A DNA stretch of 64,000 nt, taken from NCBI RefSeq assembly GCF_004010195.1, contig NC_057753.1:7869930-7933929 (forward strand), in the 5' to 3' direction. The first letter of the stretch is position 1. Every line of letters begins with the position of its first letter. The notes beneath the pieces were generated by a model, which was not told the origin of the DNA, did not search any database, and was given only the letters and a program-made list of their open reading frames with translations. Below are positions 40,486 through 50,849 of this stretch, piece by piece. The stretch comes from Chiloscyllium plagiosum. Taxonomy: Eukaryota. The position numbers and the translations under genes were made by a program.

Positions 40486-42392
40486 TCAATATTTGTACCC
40501 CTGCCCGCCCGGCATAGTCTGGGGGTACTGTCCTTGCACCGGGGCTGCAGCTGTATTTGGGACTTGGTAAGGCTGAGCAGCCTGTTGAAAAGGAGGCTGA
40601 CTTGAGCGGACATATTGTCCTCGGATCAATCCCTGGCCTCCCTTCTAGCCTCATCGAGCTGTAACTTCAGCAACTGCACTTGAGCAGACTCGTTGCTCTG
40701 TTTATCTTCATCCTGTTTTGTCCTGTAATGCTTCATGTGGTGCGTCACGTGTTTCTCCCATTGTTCTGTAGAACAGCCTGGGATATCAGGATTACTCTCC
40801 ATTGCCTATTTTACTACCTTAGGCATCCCTACCATAAGGGCATTCCTACATAACGTAGTCTGTAGCTGACCCGACCCTGGATGGCTTCCCGCAGTATCTG
40901 TCCACGTGCCCTTACACCTAGCCAAAAAGGCAGGCATATCCTCACCCTCCTTCATTGTGAAGGTGAATGAGTGCGTTGCTCCAGGTGGAATCGGAAATCT
41001 ATCCCTCATTGTCCATCCGACACAAGTGGCATGCTGCACAAACGGTTCCAAATCAGGTAGTAAGGTGGTCCCCGCAGACCCTTCAATCTGCTATATTTCC
41101 TACATATTCAATTGCTTGCCCAACAATGCTCTCCAATCGCCCATAACTAACTTGAACTCTAGTGTATATTGGCAAAATTTAGTCATCCAAGTCCCACCTC
41201 CCTCCATGGGTGGGGGCATTTTATCCAGGATGCAGTTCATATCAGTAAATGTGAAGGGCTGATAAACATCCCCCATGTAAGTGCCTCTGTAAATTAATGG
41301 CATTTGGTGGTGCTGATACTTTATGGGTTGTCGTAATGTGTCTCTGTGACGCAGATTGTAACTTGATTCAGGTAGGTGCTTCAGTGGAGGGCCATGTTCG
41401 GTATGTATTTTGAGTGAGCCTTTCAAAGTGACGGGGTAGGTGTGTGGGTCATCATCTGTCAGGGATTCTTCGTCCTCAATATCTCTACTATTTTCAGACT
41501 CCCCCCCCCCCCCATCCAATTTGTCTCTCAAATCTCTCCTTCTCCTGTCTGAGAACCCGTCATCTAGTAACTGACCTGAGTTATATAATCTTCCCCTCCT
41601 TTCGCTCTCAATACTATACGGTGTCGAGTGAGCATCTGGCTCTTCCAATAATGAATGCCTCCCTTGTTTCGGCTGTTCTTTGTTTCTGCTGTGCGTCATT
41701 ATCACCCTGCTTGCCTCCTCCGCTTCTTTAACTCTCCGTTGAGCTTCTAGTGTTAGTTTTTCTACCTTTCTGATGCTTTCTTCTACTGCTTCCGCCAGTC
41801 TCTCTTTTACTGTTTCGTACTCTTTTGTTCCTACTTCTTGCACATCCAACACCCCTTCTTGAACATACATAAGTGGCATTTGTGTTACAGGATATGGGGG
41901 CGGTGATTGTACCCCAGGCGATTTTGAATATAATGGCGCGGATGGTCCAGCCTTTTCTGTCTCTTCGCCAGTTTTGTCTTAGAGGTACCACCCACCCTCT
42001 GTTGTAATGTTTCTACCGCCATACAGGCTAACGTCATGTGCAGGTGAATCCTCCTCTCTTGTTTCTCCTCGCCTTCTTTTGTCCACTTTCTTCTAACTAA
42101 TATTGACCCTTTCTTTCCCTTCATATGCTCTTGAACTTCTAATTTAGCTTGCTCTTCTGCTTTTCCTAAAAACGGTGACAATTCCTCCCTCTCCTCATCT
42201 TTAGGGACTTTGCCCTGTTGTTGTAATTCGTCCCAAATCTTATCATATTTCTCCATCATTGTTTTTTGTTTGTCCTTTGCAAGTCCACTAACTAACTGAC
42301 TTCGAGCTTTATCCACTACTGTTTACGGGCAACATTAAGTCAAAAGAACATCCTCCGTATTCCTCACACTCTTTATCAAATTCCCCTTCCAT
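40486..42392 (-). pseudogene. gag: ERV gag, disrupted by frameshifts and stops
   Basis: ATG at 42392; ORF pieces 41885..42316, 41100..41879 (PFTFTDM..ILDKMPPPMEGGGTW..GDWRALL) and 40806..41051; Gln/Pro-rich C-terminus ending GQGYKY-TGA. Confidence 0.8.
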
Positions 42393-42763
42393 TTTACGTA
42401 TTTTTGTTTTAATCCTCCCGTCTAGCAGTCAATTGGTTTGGATATAATATAACCGAGCAACTAACCCAATCAGAGACAAATCTGGTGGCCAGTCAGTTTG
42501 TATGGAGTACACCCGAGCAACTGACCCTTTCAGCGAGATTTATCAGCAGTGTCGTTGTTATCACCGTTATCACCGTTAGGTTTCCACTGCCAACTCTCTC
42601 TCGCTGAGACACCACCGTCCCTGTCTTCAAGACACTACTGGCTTTTCTGCCACCCTCCGTACATTCCCCAATATAAGTTTTAAAACAACACAATCATACA
42701 GCACAATTTGTGAGCGTTGCTTTTATGAGATCCTGCTCAATGGACTTTAAACCTCCTCACATT

Positions 42764-42875
42764 TACGTACCTTGTTGCTTTTACGGGGACTCTAACCTAA
42801 AGGGACTTTAAACCCGTACGTACCTTGTTGCTTTTATGGGGACTCTAACCCCAAGGGACTTTAAACCTGTACGTG
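42764..42875. repeat. 53-bp tandem repeat (two full copies plus partial ones) in the ERV leader
   Basis: TACGTACCTTGTTGCTTTTAyGGGGACTCTAACC..AAGGGACTTTAAACC starting at 42764 and 42817. Confidence 0.9.
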
Positions 42876-43079
42876 CTATAACAATACTTTATCCACTTAC
42901 TATTACTAGGACACTTGCAGTGTAATGACAACAATCAATGTAGTATTTCCAATTGCAGAACTTCGATATAAACAGGCGTCTGCTCACTTTTTTTTATGCG
43001 GCGCCGCTTGTTGTTGTCATCAGACGTCAGTTGTCCAATGTTTCTATTTTTCTCTCTTTTCCGTAACTTCTCCATCTTC

Positions 43080-43097
43080 ATCACGTCGGAGTCACCA
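43080..43097 (-). promoter_or_regulatory. Primer-binding site complementary to the tRNA-Trp 3' end
   Basis: TGGTGACTCCGACGTGAT, 17/18 match to the canonical Trp PBS TGGTGACCCCGACGTGAT. Confidence 0.88.
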
Positions 43098-43100
43098 AAT

Positions 43101-43839
43101 TGTCGGACTTTAGCTCAATCTACCAGCTTAATTTCTTCTATGTGTGAGCCAAGTCCTGCGTGTTCTTTAAATGAAGCAATAGGAGAAGATATTCGGGTCT
43201 CACACTTTTAGTTTGTTTTAGCAATAAGTGAATAAAGTATACAGAGCTCTGGGGCTAGACCTTCCCATTCCTGACAAACAGCAGAATGTGTCAGTTCACG
43301 AAGTCTGACCCCTATCCTTCCCCTGACCCAGTCTTTTATACAGTACAAAACGTCATGTAATCACAGAACATTGTGCAAACATTGAGGTGTGGTTGTCTTC
43401 TTGATTGACTGTTGACCTGACTCCATTCTCCGCCTTCTCGCGTTCCCGAATATCTGACCCCATGTGACCTTCTTCTGCAGGAGGTGGCGCGAAATAGTTT
43501 TTTTTTCACCACAGCTTACAACATGTCCTGCATCTGCACTCACAGGGCGGCAACACCCCCGCTGTCTGCCTCGCTCTCCCAGCCGCTACCAAGGCCGCCA
43601 ATACACACTGCTCTTTATTAAAAGTCATTCCTATTGTGTGTTTACATTGGCATATCTTTACAAGTCAGATGTACTCAGTACTTTTCCACTGTCTGTTCGT
43701 ACAGACAAGGGTTACACTACAAACTGTGCTAGTTAATGGTTAAGTATAACATTGTATTATAAGTACTGAAATAAATATAAGATTAAAGGCTTCTGAATGC
43801 CTCAAACTAAGCCATATATTTACAATACACAATCTAACA
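43101..43839 (-). repeat. 5' LTR of the ERV (739 bp)
   Basis: Minus strand TGTTAGA...TCCGACA imperfect inverted termini; TATAAAAG at ~43333-43340; PBS starts 3 nt downstream; outer flank is Gypsy integrase. Confidence 0.85.
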
Positions 43840-46260
43840 GTGAGATTTCTGAGTTCGAACTTATCAACTTTTCCTAAGTTACTTTGAAAGGCCCTCTAAT
43901 TTCATACCCGAGTGGCATTTCAAATGGCGTGAATTGGGTCATTTTATTTGTAGCATCTCTAATAATATATAATATGAATGTGGTATGTTTATCCCAATCG
44001 TTTGGATAATTCTGGGAGTAAGCAATAAACATAATCTTTCGGGTCTAAAGCCATCATTCCAATGTTCCCTTGGATTTGGGATAATGCCCACTTGATGCAA
44101 AGTTTTTGATGCGTAAAATGTCCATGGCCCTCTTAAATAATTTGGCAGTAAGATATAACCATTAGTTTGACAGAATTCCCCTGGGTAGTTCATAACGAAT
44201 AAAGAAAGCAAGCAAATCCTCAGCAAATTTTTTTTGGCCTTGGCATTCCCTAATGGAACCGCCTCCAGAAACTTGGAATAGATTATGGTTAGTTAATATT
44301 GATTCTCAATTTTGGTTTGGTGGGGGACTTACACAATCAATCATAACGCGTATAAATTGTTTTCCAGTGCGGGAATTGGCATCAAAAGCATAAGTTTGAT
44401 CACGGCCTGTCGAATTCATACCTATCTGACGTACGGCGAAATTCAAACGCATTCTTATGCAATCTAAGCTATTAAAATGCTGCTATGTCTTAACCTGAGT
44501 CTTCGCCACTCCTAGATGCACACCTACAAGTAATTTGTGTGCTACCCGCAATATCCCCTGTTGGTACTCTACTGGCAACACGATCTGGTGAACGTTCGCC
44601 CAGTTCTCATCCGCAAGGTCTCCTTTTCCACCTTAAGATTTTGTCCTTCAGACAATAGCATTCAGGAATAAACTCAGATTCCTTTCCCACGTAGGCTTTA
44701 GGATACAAATCCTTTACCGTCTCATCTTTTTGTTGTAGGTCCATTAATCTGTCACAACTAAACACCTGTGCTTGATCCTCTACTTGCTCAGGTTTTCTCT
44801 TTCACATTTCATCAAATAGAGTGTCAGCTAACTGGATCTCAACTCCTTCATGTTTCAATTTGTCTTCCCTTCTTGTTTTAACTTATGGCTGTGGGATCTG
44901 GTCACCGCACAATCTGGAAATATTCCAGGGTGATTCTCTTTTAGCTTCTCAGTTCACTGGTTTTCTTCTTTTTTTTCTGCCCCCGTACAACAGGCAGAAC
45001 TCTCACCAGTGATTCGGCTGTATCATTTCAAAGAATAAGCTGTATTCCTGGAACACCAAATTGTTCTACCACTTCCTTTATCTCTTCCCAGTCTTGATCG
45101 GACTTTTTCGATCTTTCAAAGGGGAAAGTTGCTTCTCTCACCATTTTTCCACAGATTACCACTCCCTTGGGCGGTATTTCAGAAGTACACATTTTCTCAT
45201 CTCTCACTATTAGAGACTGACTAGCTCCTTTTTCTAGGTAAAACGAGCACCACTTTAATCTAGAATCTAGTTCCTTTATCTCCCAATATTTTGCCTCCTT
45301 AACCTACTCTCCCTATTCTAAATGAGTAAATCTTACCCGCACAGGTGAAGTCTTTGAAAAGTTCGGGCATTATCTTACTCTCCCGTTCATGACTAGGCTG
45401 TGCACTCTTCTGCTGCTCTTTGAGATCTTTCAGGATTTGCTTCACTACATGAATTAATCTCTCTAGTTTAGCCTCTTTTAGCACAATTTTCTTCCCAGTG
45501 TCGTTCTTAATCCACCAGCACTGTGACTTTGTGTGTCCCAGTTTAATGCATTGAAAATATTTGAGTTCTGTCGCCTCATTTCCAACGTCATGCGTTTCAT
45601 TCTTCACATGCACTAACTTGTTCCTAGCGTGACTTACTTTTTGTTTCTTCTTTGAAGGATCTCCGTCTTTCCAAATTTATGTCCTCCACACAACGAAACT
45701 AATGTCAGAAGGTAAGTTTCGATCCATGCATTACTGCATATTCATCTTCCATTTCTGCTGCTTACCACGCTGTTTTAACTTTCTGTTGCTCAATATGTGT
45801 TTTTGTCACTTCTGGAAATGCATTTTTAAACTCCTGAAGAAAATAATATCTCCAAGAGCCTCGTGTATCTTTTCTAACTCTAATAATGTCTTCCATCTTT
45901 CGAAGTTATTCTGTTTAGTTCTTTCAAGCTCGATATAATTCTGAGCTGGTTCCTTTCTTACATTTCTGAACCAATCCCTGTATGCCCGTGTAAGCAATTC
46001 ATAGGCAATTCTCTTACAGCGCTGCAAATACTTACTAGCCCTGCCTATCAGCTTGGCCCGAATTAACTCTTCCCAAACAATCTCTGGTCAGTTCATTTGG
46101 TTAGCCAATTTGTCATTTTTGTTAATTGAAAAAGGTTTCTCCACTTTTTGCATCGAATTTTGGTAATGTTTTTGATATATTTGTATGTATGTCTATCAGG
46201 TCTTTGGCTACAATGGATTTGCTAATCATCGCTATCCTCATCATAAACCGACCTGTTGAA
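43840..46260 (-). mobile_element. 5' part (gag, protease remnant, integrase) of a decayed Gmr1-type Gypsy element
   Basis: gag LPKFD, AYELLTRAYRDWFRNVRK (SCAN-like), knuckle remnant QCIKLGHTKSQCW; integrase VAHKLLVGVHLGVAKT, IDCVSP, FTPFEMPLGYEIRGP. Confidence 0.8.
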
Positions 46261-47879
46261 TATGTTCGAATTGAAGAAGTATGCTTTAACAACATAGCTG
46301 TTCACACAATTGACATGTATTCTTGATAAACTGTGACTAAACAAAGTTTTGATGTGTCGGGCAGATTTGAGTTCTTTGGTGTCCCGGAGTTCACCTTCGC
46401 ACACCTCTGCTGCCAGTGATGCTGTTTCTTTAAACTGTGAACATTCAGAGTTCTGTCAGCACATAGTTTGCTGTTCCATTGGTCCCCAAGACAGGCTCTG
46501 AAATATCTACTTCAGAGACACACTTGAGGGAGGAGAATAAAGAAAACGATACGTGGGCAGACGTTCTGTTTCCAGCGATTCTGTGATGAAAATCTGTCGG
46601 TTAAACAATCTTGAAGTTACAAATGAGTGACATTGCTGTATATTATTGTGCACTAAGTCGTCCCTCAGCACACACACTGACTCAATGGACAGAGAGAGCT
46701 TTTCAAAACCTGTACTTTGCGCGATTACAGACATAGAGATACAGATATAGACAGAGCTGTATAAAATTCTGAACAAAGTAAAGGTTACATACACAGTAAT
46801 ATAGAGCACGGAGAGAGCTATACAAAACCTGACAATAATGCTTTATAGAGGTAGACTCCCGGGTACCAGCGAACTGAAGCTGCGGACTGAATTCTTTCCT
46901 GAGTTTGCTTCTTCAAATGTTATATAGGAAACACATTAATCTTAGGATTAATTCTATATTCGTCATACTTATAACTTGGAATTTACCAAATCATTATTCT
47001 AAAATGATTCAGTGTGGAAAATTGACTGTTAAAATTTATCCAGCCATTATGAATATTCAACAACAGCTTTCAAGCATTCTTCTGACACATATTGGAGCAA
47101 GTACGTGAATTTACGAGAAATTAGCAAAGGTACCATAAAAAGAAGAATATGCCTTCATAGAGTGAGAAAATGTACAAATAAAATTCCTCCGTGTTGCCTA
47201 AATCGATTATTAGAAATTTCTGTTTCGATGTTCCTTGTGGAAAGATCAACCAAAAGAAGCGTTCAGACACCAAGAAAGCAGCCACTTCCCTAAAAGTGTA
47301 ATTCTGAGACCAACCCGAGCGTGTTCCTCAATTCTCATGTAGAATAGAACCCATATCCAGAAAAATTGTGATGGTACTCCACTAAGCAAATCTTGATCTA
47401 TGTGCAGTGAACTATTGCCTTCGGGGCCATGTGTCTGTCTAGTCCTTTCCTCCTCCTTGTATTTTTCTTCTCCATTCCACATCACAAAGAGTTCTATGTG
47501 TTCATGTGTAGAAATATTCTTCGTAATCTGCCCTGTTCTGCAGTCGTTGCTCTTTGTTCTAGACTCACATTCAAAGAGATATATCTACACATACACCTCA
47601 TTGCACCTTATCATGGTTTAAGTCACTGCCATCAAGCCACCTCTTAGTTCCATGTTTCTATGAGAAAAGAGGCTCGGTTGTCTAAAATATTTTAGGTTTG
47701 AACAACTTGCAACTGCTCTCCTTTATTTCAGGCAGTTAAGAAGTCACAGATGACCTTAAACAAACTGAAGAACTATGATCATGGAAGGTCAGTCGAAGTT
47801 TCGACCGTGTTGCACATGGAACGATATGACAATTTTGCAACAACACGGGAACATTTATTATTCCAAGAGATCAAATGTG

Positions 47880-49688
47880 TTTGGGGATTCTCTCGTCTGA
47901 GGTACAGACAGATGTGTCTGTGGCCAGCAGCGATAAAGCAGAATGATGTGTTGCTTCCCTGGTACCAGTATCAAGGATGCCTCAGAGAGGGTGCAAAATG
48001 TTCTCCCTGGTGAGAGGGGCCAGCAAGAGGTCATTGTCCACACTGGAATCAACGACATACAAAGGGAAAAGGTTGAGATTCTGAAGGGACATTGCAGAGA
48101 GTTAGGCAGAATTTTAAAAAGGAGGTCCTCGAGAGTAGTAATATCTGGATTACTCCCGGTGCTACGAGCAAGTTTGGGCAGGAATAGGAAGATAGAGCAG
48201 ATGAATGCATGACTGAGGAGCTGGTGTATGGGAGAAGGATTCACGTATTTCGATCATTGGAATCTCTTTAGGGTTAGAAGTGACTTGTACAAGAACGACG
48301 GATTACACGTAAATTGGAAGGGGACAAAGATACTGGCAGGGAAATTTGCGACAGCTGCTCGGGCGGATGTAAACTAACAAGCTTGGCGGGGGGAGGGGGT
48401 GGGGGGCGAGGGGCTTGGTGGCTGGGATAGGAACCAGGGAGATACTGAGGAAGGAGATCAATCTGAAACTGGTACAGATGAGAACAGAAGCGAGTCAAAC
48501 AGTCAGGGCAGGCAGGGACAAGGTCGGAATAATAAGTTAAACTGCATTTATTTCAATACAAGGGGCCTACCAGGGAAGGCAGATGAACTCAGAGCATGGT
48601 TAGGAACAATGGACTGGGATATAATAGCAATGGCAGAAACATCGCTCAGGGACTGGGAGAACTGGCAACTTAATGTTCCAGGATACAAATGCTACTGGAA
48701 GGATAGAAAGGGAGGGAAGAGAGGGGGTGAGTGGCATTTTTGATAAGGGATAGCATTACAGCTGTGCTGAGGGAGTATATTCGCGGAAATACATCCAGGG
48801 AATTTATTTGCCTGGAATTTATTGACCCCCTAATAGTCAGAGGGAATTTGAGAAACAATCTTGTAAGGAGATTTCAGCTATCTGGAAGAATAGTAGGGTG
48901 GTTGTGGTAGGAGATTTTAACTTTCCAAACATAGACTGGGACTGCCATAATGTTAAGGGTTTAGATGGAGAGGAATTTGTCAAGTGTGTACAAGACAATA
49001 ATCTGAATCAGTATCTGGTTGTACCGAATAGCGAAGGTGGAAAATGTGACCTACTCTTGGGAAATAAGGCAGGGCAGGTTACTGAGGAGTAGGAGAAAGG
49101 GTGGGGGGGGGGGGGGAGTAGCACTTTGGGGCCAGCGACCATAATTCTATTAGATTTAAAATAATGATGGAAAAAGATGTACCAGCTCTAAAAGTTGAGG
49201 TTCTAAATTGGAGAAAGGCCAATTTTGACAGTATTAGACAAGAACATTCCAAAGCTGATTGGGGGCAGATGTTCCCAAATAAAGGGACGGCTGGAAAATT
49301 GGAAGCCTTCAGAAATGAGACAACGACAATCCAGAGAAAGTGTATTCCTGTTAGGTTGAAAGGAAAGGCTGGTAGGTATAGGGAATGCTGGATCACTAAA
49401 TAAATTGAGGGGTTGGTTAAGAAAAGGAAGGAAGCATATGTTAGGTATAAACAGGATAGATCGAATGAATCGTTGGAAAAGTATAAAGGCAGTATGAATA
49501 TACTTAAGAGGGAAATCAGGAGAGCAAAAAGGGGACATGAGAAAGCTTTGGCAATAGAACTAAGGAGAATCCAAATGGCTTTTACACATAATTAAAGACA
49601 AAAGGTAACTAGGGAGAAAATATGGCTCCTCAAAAATCAGCAAGGCGGCTTTTGTGTGCAGCCGCAGAAAATGGGGGAGGTACGAAAT
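47880..49688 (+). mobile_element. CR1 5' portion: ORF1 SGNH-esterase domain and ORF2 endonuclease
   Basis: CCFPGTSIKD, VIVHTGINDI, VVISGLLP, DGLHVN; LNCIYFNTRGL, DIIAMAET, VVVGDFNFPNIDW, DHN. Confidence 0.9.
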
Positions 49689-49739
49689 GATGGTTTCAAG
49701 TGGATGGTTTCAAGACCCTTGGGCGTTGATGATCCGGTG

Positions 49740-50085
49740 TGTTTTTTTCTATTTCCGTGTTTTTAATGATTACAAACGTGTCATCGACATATCTGACCCA
49801 TAACGGCACACAAACCAACAGCCACGCTCAGACAACAACTCACCAGAACGAAGGACCCGATACCCAACATGAGCAAGACGAATGTAGTGTACAAAATACC
49901 ATGCAAGGACTGCACTAAACACTATATAGGACAAACAGGAAGACAGCCAGCAATCCGCTATAAACACAGGAGGAAACATCAAAGAAGCGCTTATCCTGAG
50001 GCTCCCAAGCACTGATGATGTCGGCTAGCCAGGGGACGAAACGTTTGCAACAAAAACTTCCAGCTTGGCGAACAGAACCACAACA
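49740..50085 (+). mobile_element. Second Penelope-like family fragment (GIY-YIG endonuclease plus hammerhead-bearing terminus)
   Basis: NVVYKIPCKDCTKHYIGQTGRQ at ~49881-49950; CTGATGA..GAAAC-GTT at 50012-50045. Confidence 0.8.
50009..50048 (+). ncRNA. Minimal hammerhead-ribozyme-like motif in a Penelope terminus
   Basis: GCA-CTGATGA-T-GTC..GAC-GAAAC-GTT-TGC; stems I (GCA/TGC) and II (GTC/GAC) close; stem III reduced to palindromic ACGT. Confidence 0.55.
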
Positions 50086-50350
50086 AGGAGTGTCTACTTC
50101 TGCAAATGATGCACATCCTACAAGATGTTCTGTCCAAAATGATGTCGAATTCCTTGAGTTTTATTGGATCTGCACTCATCCAGGCAGGTCGGAAGTGTTG
50201 TGTCATAATGTTGAAGCTGATGGTCGACCATCTTTCAGGGGACGGGATCGTTATCAGGTGAGCTACTCACTGCCTATATATGGCCTTTTTTGAAGATTAT
50301 CCATTAGTTCTCATTGACTTAGTCTTGAAGTTGCAGTATTAATATTTCCC

Positions 50351-50546
50351 TGGCAGGTCAGGCAACATCCAAAGAGCAGGAGAATCAACGTTTCGGGCAT
50401 GAGCCCTTCTTCAGGAACCCTGAAGAAGGACTCATGCCCGAAACGTCGATTCTCCTGCTCTTTGGATGCTGCCTGACCTGCTGCGCTTTTCCAGCAACAC
50501 ATTTTCAGCTCTGATCTCCAGCATCTGCATTCCTCACTTTCTCCCC
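50351..50546. mobile_element. Palindromic Penelope-terminus derivative with TSD
   Basis: Arms ~50353-50415 and ~50419-50481; TSD GTATTAATATTyCCC (14/15) at 50336-50350 and 50547-50561. Confidence 0.82.
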
Positions 50547-50849
50547 GTATTAATATTCCCCGTCGATTTCGGATTCAGACGACTATTACCATTAGATTCT
50601 GATAGTTAGGCACTTAGAAATGCAAGTGACTGTGCTGTACAAGGAATGACGATTAGGTTGTCTGTTGGTGTAGATTTACACTCACATACATGTGTGGTAC
50701 GAATGTTACTTGTCATCCGATACAGTTGTTTAAAAAATTCGAATGTACAAAGTTTGTCAGCATTGTTCTGTGCACAAAATATAATACAAATCCAATCCAA
50801 TCAACTACCCCTTTCGTGTACTTTCAACGTGATGTAAGGCATTGTAAGT

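Larger units (their letters stand above)
39061..43839 (-). mobile_element. Endogenous retrovirus, fish-type, defective: 5' LTR, PBS, leader, gag, protease, 2H domain, RT N-terminus; 3' part lost in the gap
   Basis: LTR, tRNA-Trp PBS, protease FLVDTGA, RT N-terminus LPDTLWS..VG, QYSHKPEAEAGI, HDLRRIN, VPNPYT, KWFS. Confidence 0.9.

Noticed and set aside
42764..42875. CRISPR-like array
   Set aside because: Head-to-tail tandem repeat without unique spacers, in a eukaryotic retroviral leader
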